Positions 17,920-25,346 are shown, counted from the first letter of the stretch. The stretch: 32,000 bases of DNA from Candidatus Scalindua sp. (GCA_031316235.1 JALDRA010000002.1:60001-92000); one strand, 5' to 3'. Notes: generated from the sequence alone by a model not told the origin. Translations and numbers: made by a program.

Positions 17920-20291
17920 TAAACATGCTTCAAAAACGGAAGCTCTTTTACGCGGTTTTGATTTTCTTTGTTATGGCATTCACAGCGCAGGGACTCTTAC
18001 ATGCTGCCTCTGCAAAGGAGTATTCAAAGAGGTTGGACCAAATGCAGCAGAACGTAACAAAAGAGGCCTCCAAAACCGACAGTGCCGGGTCAAAGTCAGC
18101 GGAGGGTGAATCCGGTTCAATCCCCCTGTTATGGTGGTTCGCACCGTTTGGAGCTCTTTGCGCATTATTTTTTGTACGTAAATTTTACAAAGAAGTGATG
18201 GCTTTCCCTGAAGGCGACAAGAAAATGGTTGAAATAGCCGGGCATGTTCGCGATGGTGCCTATGCCTATCTCAAGCAGCAATACAAGGTTGTCTTCATAT
18301 TTTTTGTATTTGTGTTCATTTTGCTGTTATTTATATCCTACGGATTAAAAGTTCAGTCTACGTTTGTACCATTTGCCTTTCTTACAAGTGGCTTTTTCTC
18401 AGGTCTTGCAGGTTTCCTGGGAATGAAAATCGCCACAAACGCAAGTTCGAGGACTACTGAAGGAGCAAAACAGTCATTGGATTTAGGCCTTCGAATAGCT
18501 TTCCGGAGTGGAGCCGTAATGGGTCTCATCGTTGTGGGTCTGGCCCTTTTAGACGTGTCCGTATGGTTCTACATACTTCGTCAATTTACCGACATTACCC
18601 TTACCGAAATGGCAGTAATACTCCCCTGCTTTGGAATGGGTGCCAGTTTACAGGCTCTTTTTGCCAGGGTAGGTGGCGGTATCTTTACAAAGGCTGCCGA
18701 TGTTGGAGCTGACCTTGTGGGTAAGGTCGAAGCCAACATCCCGGAAGATGATCCAAGGAATCCGGCAACCATTGCTGACAATGTGGGAGACAATGTAGGA
18801 GACGTAGCCGGAATGGGTGCGGATCTGTATGAATCATATTATGCCTCAATTTTAGCCAGTGCAGCACTGGGCGTCGCCTGTGGCCTCGGTATTGCGGGCC
18901 TTGTGTTGCCAATGTGTCTTGCGGGAATAGGCATTATCTTATCTATTTTGGGCATCCGGGTCATAAAAACAAAAGAGGGTGCATCACAAAAGGAGCTCTT
19001 GAAATCATTAGGAAAAGGGGTAAACTTGAGCTCGATCCTGATCCTGGTCACTTCTGCAATTATCATAAAGTTTTTGCTTCCCGGCCACTTCGGCATTTGG
19101 GGTTCGATTGCCACGGGTTTGGTTGCCGGAATCATAATAGGAAAGGGTACAGAATATTTTACTTCAGCGGACCATGGCCCTACAAAAACTATTGCAAGTC
19201 ATGCGAAAACCGGTGCTGCAACCCTCATCATTGATGGGGTAGCTACCGGAATGTTATCTACTGTTATTCCTGTAAGTGCAATCGCAATTGCTATTATTTT
19301 GAGTTTTGCATTTGCAGGTGGCTTTTCAGATACGGCAATGGGGCTTTATGGAATCGGTGTTGCTGCAGTTGGAATGTTGTCAACACTTGGAATAACCTTG
19401 GCAACTGACGCCTACGGCCCTATTGCTGACAATGCCGGTGGTAATGCCGAGATGAGCGAACAGGAACCGATTGTAAGAAAAAGAACTGACGCACTCGATT
19501 CACTGGGAAACACTACTGCTGCTACCGGAAAAGGGTTCGCGATTGGATCTGCTGCTCTTACTGCGATGGCACTCCTGGCAATATATGTTGAAGAGGTAAA
19601 AATAGGGCTTGAACGAACAGGTTTACACGTAGTTGAGATTGCGGGACGTACCATAGACACCGCTTCTCTTCAGATAGGTGACCTGATGAATTACTATAAT
19701 GTCACCCTCATGAATCCCAAGGTACTCGTCGGTCTCTTTCTCGGGGCAATGATATCATTTACCTTTTGTGCCCTGACAATGAAAGCTGTCGGCAGGGCTG
19801 CAGGAAAGATGGTAGAAGAGGTAAGAAGGCAGTTCAGAGAAATACCGGGAATTATGGACGGCTCGGGAAAGCCCGATTATGCTGCATGCGTTGCCATAAG
19901 CACAAAGGGTGCACAAAGAGAAATGATGATTCCCGCTCTCCTGGCCATGGTTTTCCCGATCGTTGTTGGCTTGATCCTGGGGGTAGCCGGGGTCATGGGT
20001 TTGTTAGCAGGCGGTTTAACAACAGGATTCCTCCTGGCTGTGTTCATGTCAAACGCTGGCGGTGCCTGGGACAATGCAAAGAAATATATTGAAACCGGGC
20101 AATTCGGCGGAAAAGGGTCAGAGGCACACAAAGCTTCTGTAGTTGGTGATACGGTTGGAGACCCTTTTAAGGATACATCAGGCCCCTCTTTAAACATCCT
20201 TATCAAGTTGATGGCTATGGTATCCGTAGTATTTGCAGGTTTAATAGTCAAGTTTTCACCAAAGATTGGTGCTTTACTCCATATTAATTAA
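17916..20291 (+). CDS. hppA: Membrane-bound ion-translocating pyrophosphatase (K+-dependent type) with an N-terminal extension of about 75 aa
   Basis: 791 aa with many TM helices. Signature motifs are GGGIFTKAADVGADLVGKVE, DNVGDNVGD, GNTTAATGKGFAIGSAAL and GDTVGDPFKDTSGPSLN. The Ala in GNTTA (codon 19518-19520) marks the K+-dependent subfamily. Confidence 0.95.
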   Translation: MINMLQKRKLFYAVLIFFVMAFTAQGLLHAASAKEYSKRLDQMQQNVTKEASKTDSAGSKSAEGESGSIPLLWWFAPFGALCALFFVRKFYKEVMAFPEGDKKMVEIAGHVRDGAYAYLKQQYKVVFIFFVFVFILLLFISYGLKVQSTFVPFAFLTSGFFSGLAGFLGMKIATNASSRTTEGAKQSLDLGLRIAFRSGAVMGLIVVGLALLDVSVWFYILRQFTDITLTEMAVILPCFGMGASLQALFARVGGGIFTKAADVGADLVGKVEANIPEDDPRNPATIADNVGDNVGDVAGMGADLYESYYASILASAALGVACGLGIAGLVLPMCLAGIGIILSILGIRVIKTKEGASQKELLKSLGKGVNLSSILILVTSAIIIKFLLPGHFGIWGSIATGLVAGIIIGKGTEYFTSADHGPTKTIASHAKTGAATLIIDGVATGMLSTVIPVSAIAIAIILSFAFAGGFSDTAMGLYGIGVAAVGMLSTLGITLATDAYGPIADNAGGNAEMSEQEPIVRKRTDALDSLGNTTAATGKGFAIGSAALTAMALLAIYVEEVKIGLERTGLHVVEIAGRTIDTASLQIGDLMNYYNVTLMNPKVLVGLFLGAMISFTFCALTMKAVGRAAGKMVEEVRRQFREIPGIMDGSGKPDYAACVAISTKGAQREMMIPALLAMVFPIVVGLILGVAGVMGLLAGGLTTGFLLAVFMSNAGGAWDNAKKYIETGQFGGKGSEAHKASVVGDTVGDPFKDTSGPSLNILIKLMAMVSVVFAGLIVKFSPKIGALLHIN

Positions 20292-20358
20292 GTAATGTAC
20301 AGAAACAGAAGTTCTTGTTTTTTTATTTATTATCAGGTGCTGTCTGCACACTATTACC

Positions 20359-20610
20359 ATGGACGATGAATCAATTAAATTAACCAATGATGTACCATGT
20401 CCCAATTCAGACTGTCGATATGATCATCATTCAGAAGGTGCTAACTTCTGCATGCTTTGCGGCACCTTGCTCTATCAGAGGTGCGGAGACTGTCTGTCGG
20501 CAAACCCTCAATATGCGAAGTTCTGCTACTATTGCGGTACAAGTTTGTTAGAACTCAGGGAAATGCAGGAGCATGATGAAGAAAGAGACGATGAGGATGA
20601 TGACGTGTAG
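20359..20610 (+). CDS. Double zinc-ribbon domain protein with an acidic tail
   Basis: 83 aa. Cys pairs run CPNSDC...CMLC...CGDC...CYYC, and the tail is a DEERDDEDDDV type. Confidence 0.65.
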   Translation: MDDESIKLTNDVPCPNSDCRYDHHSEGANFCMLCGTLLYQRCGDCLSANPQYAKFCYYCGTSLLELREMQEHDEERDDEDDDV

Positions 20611-20640
20611 TCCTCTCGTCAGAAATAACTGTTTTATTAA

Positions 20641-20684
20641 CGCTGTCTGGTTCGACTAATTTTCATAGTGCGGACCAGACAGCG
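20641..20684. other. Perfect 11-bp inverted repeat (CGCTGTCTGGT / ACCAGACAGCG) with a 22-nt loop
   Basis: Read directly from the sequence. It lies 31 nt after the zinc-ribbon gene stop, and no U-run follows. The only canonical in-frame start of rsfS (GTG 20668) sits in its loop. Confidence 0.6.
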
Positions 20685-21120
20685 CAACAATCGCACTATT
20701 TCCAGCAATTTACCCTGTTTATTCGTCATTGGCCAATGTGCTGGGGATACGATATTTTTAACAATCAGGAGACTCCATACGTTAGATTCGAAAGATATAG
20801 CAATCACGTGTGCCAAAATTGCTGATCAAAAAAAGGCACAGAACATCATTGTACTCGATGTAAGCAAATTAACCTTTTTCACAAGATATTTTGTCATCTG
20901 TACGGGCATTAACCAGAGACAGCTTCATGCCATATCTGATGAAATGGCAAAAGAACTGAAGAAACTCTCGGTTGAAAAGCTGAGTAGTGAAGGTTATCGG
21001 GAAGCAAAATGGATACTGCTGGACTTTGGTGATGTTGTGGTACATCTATTTGGAAAAGAAGAGCGGAACTACTACGAGTTAGAACTGCTCTGGGGAGACG
21101 CACCCAGGATTGAGTGGTAA
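20668..21120 (+). CDS. rsfS: Ribosomal silencing factor RsfS (iojap family)
   Basis: KKAQNIIVLDVSKLTFFTRYFVICTGINQRQLHAISDEM...WILLDFGDVVVHLF..E.R.YY.LE.LW is the RsfS core. The first ~35 aa of the longest ORF look non-homologous, so the true start is uncertain. Confidence 0.8.
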   Translation: MRTRQRNNRTISSNLPCLFVIGQCAGDTIFLTIRRLHTLDSKDIAITCAKIADQKKAQNIIVLDVSKLTFFTRYFVICTGINQRQLHAISDEMAKELKKLSVEKLSSEGYREAKWILLDFGDVVVHLFGKEERNYYELELLWGDAPRIEW

Positions 21121-21320
21121 AACAATACCCTCTCCACCAACACTCCATTCACATTCTTTCGCAGATTAAACAGATTTCACAGATAATGAATGCAGATTGA
21201 AGAGTGCAGAGTGAAACAGCGAATAAAAATAGTCCTAAACAATGTTTACTACAAACTTAAACATTTTTAAACTTAATCCATGTGTTTGCATGTTTGACCT
21301 TTGACCTTTCAGTTTTTAGC

Positions 21321-21474
21321 TTATCAGCTATGAGCCCTGAACCTCTGAACCTTGAACCCAGAACCTCTAAACGCTTAACCCTGAACCCAGTACCCAGAAC
21401 CTCTGAACCCGGAACCCTGAACCTCTGAACCTCTGAACCCTGAACCCTGAACCCTGAACCTCTAAACGCTTACC
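21321..21474 (+). repeat. Degenerate heptanucleotide tandem array (CCCTGAA / CCTCTGAA / CCCAGAA units, about 20 units)
   Basis: Read directly from the sequence, for example CCCTGAA CCTCTGAA CCTTGAA CCCAGAA CCTCTAAA CGCTTAA CCCTGAA. It contains the motif CCTCTAAACGCTTA twice, and the same motif occurs in the 25.8-kb array. Confidence 0.9.
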
Positions 21475-21501
21475 TATTAAGGTGCCAAGAGAGAAGGGCT
21501 T

Positions 21502-22158
21502 TCAGCTACCCAGATTCTGCTTATTCTTCAGCAGTTTTTCACATATTTTACAAAAGTCAGAACCTTTTTTATCCGTATCATCCAGAGTACTTGAAAAAAA
21601 CATTACGCAATAGTCATTCCCACAGTGACGCAACCCATACGTGTGCCCAAGTTCGTGGACTGATTCTGTAATCACCCTTTGATTAAACAGAGTGATATCT
21701 GCAGGTAAATTATAGAACTCCTGTCGCAACCTGGTTAAGGAAATTATCGAAACCCGATTTTTTAAATCTGCTTCCCCAAAGACAAAGGTAAGTTCAGGTA
21801 CATACAGATCAACATCGACAACCCCTAAAACTCTCCCATAGTCAACCAGTTCCAATTCTTCCAATTTTTTGAGAATTTTAGTTGAGCAGTACTGTTTTCG
21901 TCTCTTATGGTAGGCATAATCGAGATCATGAGACAAGATAAAGATATCGACTTTTTCATTGAGCACGTCTTCAAGTATCACCTTCGCATAAAGCATGATT
22001 CGTTTATCTATAGTACCTATCTGCACCATGCATATTTTTTTTCTCATCTCTTTTTTCCTGGCATAACTTGTTTCTATAAATATAACCCCTGCCAAAAGTA
22101 AACATATAAACACAACGAAAATCCTGCTTGAATATCTCATGGTAAAATTCATTAACAT
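21502..22158 (-). CDS. Archaemetzincin-like zinc metalloprotease (peptidase M54 type)
   Basis: HELGHTYGLRHCGNDYCVMFFSSTLDDTDKKGSDFCKIC fits the archaemetzincin signature HExxHxxGx3Cx4CxM...CxxC. The longest ORF adds an N-terminal hydrophobic segment, and an alternative start is at Met38 (ATG 22047). Confidence 0.8.
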   Translation of the reverse strand: MLMNFTMRYSSRIFVVFICLLLAGVIFIETSYARKKEMRKKICMVQIGTIDKRIMLYAKVILEDVLNEKVDIFILSHDLDYAYHKRRKQYCSTKILKKLEELELVDYGRVLGVVDVDLYVPELTFVFGEADLKNRVSIISLTRLRQEFYNLPADITLFNQRVITESVHELGHTYGLRHCGNDYCVMFFSSTLDDTDKKGSDFCKICEKLLKNKQNLGS

Positions 22159-22234
22159 ACCTGGGGTATGAATCTAAAAACAGAAGCAGAAAAACCTGCC
22201 GATTTACGGATCAAGATCTGGATAAGATAAGTCC

Positions 22235-22258
22235 GGGGCCAGGGGCTGGGGCTGGGTT
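22235..22258 (-). repeat. Short heptamer-type array (reverse strand CCCAGCC CCAGCCC CTGGCCC)
   Basis: GGGGCCAGGGGCTGGGGCTGGG, read directly from the sequence. It abuts the minimal TATAC-element at 22261. Confidence 0.5.
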
Positions 22259-22260
22259 TG

Positions 22261-22289
22261 TATACTCATATTGTAATGGTTTTTGTATA
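22261..22289 (-). repeat. Minimal 29-bp TATAC-element (copy J)
   Basis: The reverse complement is TATACAAAAACCATTACAATATGAGTATA, which is the 5' terminus of the long element fused to its 3' terminus. Confidence 0.8.
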
Positions 22290-22440
22290 TCACGCCACGG
22301 CGCTAAGAACGCAAAGAATAAAAACATTTAAAATCTTTTATACTCAACTTTTTCTCCAAAATAGTAGACGCATCAACCACAACCATGCCTATTTCATTTT
22401 CTGGCGATCTCTGCGGCTTTGCGAGAAGCTATTTTTTTGA
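22290..22440 (-). pseudogene. Decayed remnant of a four-helix-bundle (23S rRNA IVS protein / Avd family) gene
   Basis: The reverse complement aligns with 25533-25650 (ATCAAAAAA..TCTCGCAAAGCCGCAGAGATCGC....GGTTGTGGTTGATG.GTCTA.T.TTT). It then jumps to the TTTGCGTTCTT.GCG...GGCGTGATATAC block that lies at 25896-25927 in the longer copy. Confidence 0.55.
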
Positions 22441-22500
22441 TATAAAACAATTCAAGCAAACCCCTGCACTGAAATTCCAAAAACCATTTTGCAATGGGTA

Positions 22501-22640
22501 TATACTCATCTCATAATGGTTTTCGGATAAAATCCGAGATAAAATTGAGCGGGTACAAGTCCTCGACACTTTTTGTCCGGGGATACCTTCACCAAGATCT
22601 GGTTTCCAGCAAAACCGAAAACCAGATCGGTTTTAGTATA
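22501..22640 (-). repeat. TATAC-element copy D (long form, subfamily 2)
   Basis: The reverse complement is TATACTAAAACCGATCTGGTTTTCGGTTTTGCTGGAAACCAGATCTTGGTGAAGGTATCCCCGGACAAAAAGTGTCGAGGACTTGTACCC...TCGGATTTTATCCGAAAACCATTATGAGATGAGTATA. Confidence 0.9.
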
Positions 22641-22689
22641 CCTGAGGATAAGGGAATTATTACCGGAAAGCCCAGGCACGTATTTCCGT

Positions 22690-22914
22690 TCAAGTACTCT
22701 TAATACCGGTGCCATGTGACTTGATTATTTCAATTGCCTGCGATTTAGTAAATCCCTCATTGCGCAATGATGAATAAAAATTATACATAAGTTTTGCAAG
22801 GATATCCTGTAAGTCACTGCACTGGGGGAGTATCTTTTTCAAAAAAGCGAGACCTTGTTCTACCTCAATTTGTTCCATTAAATGATCCAGATTGTCCTCT
22901 CTTTTGTATTCCAT
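22690..22914 (-). CDS. Small hypothetical protein (74 aa)
   Basis: ORF only, predicted helical. No family recognised and no clear ribosome-binding site examined. Confidence 0.35.
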   Translation of the reverse strand: MEYKREDNLDHLMEQIEVEQGLAFLKKILPQCSDLQDILAKLMYNFYSSLRNEGFTKSQAIEIIKSHGTGIKST

Positions 22915-23240
22915 GGATTATACTACCTCATAAATAAATGACCTTAATTACTATCCTTCACAGAGTTCTTCACCAAAGGCAGATGCTGCAGAGCCATCAA
23001 GCCTGATGGCTACATCTTGTATGTCAAATGATAGAACTATACTATATTTACCCAATAAGTCAAGGTTTTTTTATCTCTCCTTAAGACACCGGGGAATATA
23101 TGTTTCAGGAAATTTTGGGGAATTATTACAAACAAAACCAGTAGTGTCCACTCTGCAAGAGACCGGCATAAAAATTTATCCAAATATATTTTCTAAAAGA
23201 GACGAGATAGCGTATAATACTGATCTTAAAAAATTATTCT

Positions 23241-24470
23241 ATGACTATCGGTTGCAGCACAATGAAATACGATTTCGATCGTCTGATCTCACGGAAAAAC
23301 ACGGGCTGTATGAAGTGGGACGGTGCAAAGGCTCTCTTTGGTAATACGGATGTCATTCCAATGTGGGTAGCCGATATGGATATTCCTATTGCTCATCCCA
23401 TCACCGAAGCAATGAAAGAGAGAGTGGAACACAACATCTTTGGTTATCCGGTGCATCATCCTGAATCTGTCATGGAATCCATTATATATAGAATGCAGAA
23501 ATTGTACAGTTGGCAGATTCTGCCGGAATGGATTGTTTTTACACCCGGTATTATCCCGGCACTCTACACCTCGGTTCGGGCTTTTTCTCGCCCGGGAGAT
23601 GACGTTATTCTTCAGGGGCCAGTTTATCACCCCTTCTGGTCAGCCATCAGGGATAATGGGTGCCATGTATCTGAGAACCGTCTCTTACTCAATGATTCAC
23701 ACTATGAAATTGATTTTGATGATCTGAAAACCAAGTTTGGTACAAGAAGCGGCAGGCCCTCCGCACCTTCACGTGCACGTTTACTGATTTTATGTAGTCC
23801 ACACAACCCGGTAGGTCGGGTATGGACCGAAGAGGAGCTGACAAAGATCGGAGAAATTATCACAGGAAACGGAGCAATCATAGTTTCAGATGAAGTACAC
23901 AGTGAACTTCTCTTTCGTGATGCCAGACATACGCCGATTGCTTCATTATCTGAGGAATTTGAGCAAAATTCCATTACGTGCATTTCTCCAAGCAAGACCT
24001 TCAACCTTGCCGGATTATATGCATCAGCCATAATTATTCCTAACGCCAGATATCGCAGGAAATTCCAAGAGGCCCGCAAAGGGATTGTACCGGGACCGAA
24101 TGTATTCGGATTAACAGCAATGGAGGCCGCGTATAAACATGGAGACGAATGGCTGGAACAATTATTGGTATATCTGAACAGTAATCTGGAATATTTACTC
24201 GACTATTTTGAGAGGAGAATCCCTGCAATAAGGGTTATCAAACCAGAGGGGACCTACCTGGTATGGTTAGATTGCCGTAAACTGGGATTCGTCCCCGAAG
24301 ACCTGAAAAAATTCCTGACAAATGATGCAGAAGTTGGCCTTGATGAAGGCTCCCTTTTCGGACCAGGTGGTGCCGGTTTTGCGAGGATGAATATTGCCTG
24401 CCCCCGTTCAATTTTGACAGAAGCATTGAAGAGGTTAGAGTCTGCGGTTACTAGACTGAAACCATTATAA
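23241..24470 (+). CDS. PatB/MalY-type PLP-dependent C-S lyase (class I/II aminotransferase fold)
   Basis: MKYDFDRLISRKNTGCMKWDG is the typical N-terminus. Other matches are SPHNPVGRVW and the PLP-lysine region SPSKTFNLAG. The start may be ATG 23262 rather than 23241. Confidence 0.85.
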   Translation: MTIGCSTMKYDFDRLISRKNTGCMKWDGAKALFGNTDVIPMWVADMDIPIAHPITEAMKERVEHNIFGYPVHHPESVMESIIYRMQKLYSWQILPEWIVFTPGIIPALYTSVRAFSRPGDDVILQGPVYHPFWSAIRDNGCHVSENRLLLNDSHYEIDFDDLKTKFGTRSGRPSAPSRARLLILCSPHNPVGRVWTEEELTKIGEIITGNGAIIVSDEVHSELLFRDARHTPIASLSEEFEQNSITCISPSKTFNLAGLYASAIIIPNARYRRKFQEARKGIVPGPNVFGLTAMEAAYKHGDEWLEQLLVYLNSNLEYLLDYFERRIPAIRVIKPEGTYLVWLDCRKLGFVPEDLKKFLTNDAEVGLDEGSLFGPGGAGFARMNIACPRSILTEALKRLESAVTRLKPL

Positions 24471-24480
24471 GATGAGTATA
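24459..24480 (+). repeat. Solo 3' terminus of a TATAC-element, overlapping the C-S lyase stop codon
   Basis: AAACCATTATAAGATGAGTATA is identical to the 3' end of the copies at 4084-4105 and 26012-26033. The TAA at 24468-24470 is the gene's stop codon. Confidence 0.7.
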
Positions 24481-24530
24481 ACCACAGCCTGAGCTGCAGG
24501 GTATGATAAAATAGGGCCGGATACAAAAAA

Positions 24531-24556
24531 AAGCCGGCATACTCTCATGCCGGCTT
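24531..24556 (-). terminator. Rho-independent terminator between convergent genes
   Basis: A perfect 10-bp stem AAGCCGGCAT / ATGCCGGCTT with a 6-nt loop. An A8 run lies upstream on the plus strand, giving a U-run after the hairpin for the minus-strand FKBP gene. Confidence 0.8.
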
Positions 24557-24611
24557 TAATTTGAAATTAAAATAATGCTCCTTTTTTTCTCTTACAGACC
24601 CCCCCTGCTCA

Positions 24612-25346
24612 TCAGGGAGTTTCTGTTTCTTCAGGTGTTATAATGTCAAGCAGTTCAACCGTAAAAATCAACGTCTGACTGGGACCAATGCTTGGCGGGG
24701 CATTGACTCCATAAGCCAGTTCAGAGGGAATATAAAGCTCACTTTTACCCCCGACCTTCATAAGCTGTAACCCTTCTATCCACCCTTTGATAACCTGGTT
24801 TAATCCAAATTCTGCAGGTTGATTACGCTTGTATGAGCTGTCAAACTCCTTTCCATTAATCAACGTACCCCGATAATGAACCTTGACGACATCTGTCTCT
24901 TTCGGACTGGCACCTTTTCCCTCCGTTATGACTTTGTACTGCAGACCAGAATCGGTGACCTTGACTCCTGATTTCTTCTTGTTGGTTTCAAGAAAAGCTT
25001 GTCCCAGTCTGGTGTTTTCATCACTTGCCGCCTTTTGTGCTGCCTGGGCTTTCTCTGTTGCCTCCTCTTGAAAAGCTGTCATGACAGACTCTATCTCTTC
25101 CTGCGACATTGCCAACTCGTTTCCCTTTACGATATCATTCAACCCTTTTAGAAACAGATCTTCACTTACTTCCAGCTCATTCTGTTTACAGAAACCACCG
25201 ATCTGAGTACCGATGATATAGCTCATTTTTTGAGACTCCGACCACTTGGCCGAGGCACTTGCAGGTGCAGCCTCATCTTCTGCAACAACAAAACCCGATA
25301 AAATAAACACCATTGAGGCTGAAAGTAACATAATTTTTCGTATCAC
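24612..25346 (-). CDS. FKBP-type peptidyl-prolyl cis-trans isomerase (FkpA/Mip-like, secreted)
   Basis: Signal peptide, an FKBP_N-like helical domain, then the FKBP core VHYRGTLINGKEFDSS...F.L..VI.GW.EGLQLMKVGGK..L.IP..LAYG. GTG start with AAGGAG upstream. Confidence 0.9.
   Translation of the reverse strand: MIRKIMLLSASMVFILSGFVVAEDEAAPASASAKWSESQKMSYIIGTQIGGFCKQNELEVSEDLFLKGLNDIVKGNELAMSQEEIESVMTAFQEEATEKAQAAQKAASDENTRLGQAFLETNKKKSGVKVTDSGLQYKVITEGKGASPKETDVVKVHYRGTLINGKEFDSSYKRNQPAEFGLNQVIKGWIEGLQLMKVGGKSELYIPSELAYGVNAPPSIGPSQTLIFTVELLDIITPEETETP

Noticed and set aside
20645-20660. GGTTCGACT resembles a tRNA T-arm.
   Set aside because: No acceptor, D or anticodon arms can be drawn around it. 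It is part of the 11-bp hairpin and its loop upstream of rsfS.
21321-21474. Possible CRISPR array, together with the other short-repeat arrays at 25754, 31216 and 31405.
   Set aside because: The units are 7-8 nt, contiguous and degenerate, with no unique spacers, and no cas genes are present. The dispersed 29-bp minimal elements are CRISPR-repeat sized but are kilobases apart, not arrayed.
22258-22440. ORF-track entries 22258..22440(+) and 25443..25664(-), which share MYTH[IQ][VI]MVFVY.
   Set aside because: The shared peptide is the translation of the minimal TATAC-element. Both ORFs run through repeat and pseudogene DNA on the wrong strand relative to the four-helix-bundle remnant, so they are artefacts.
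23006-23344. 112-aa ORF overlapping the start of the C-S lyase gene.
   Set aside because: It lies in a different frame overlapping a well-supported gene, with no motif and an AT-rich promoter-like region. It is probably spurious.
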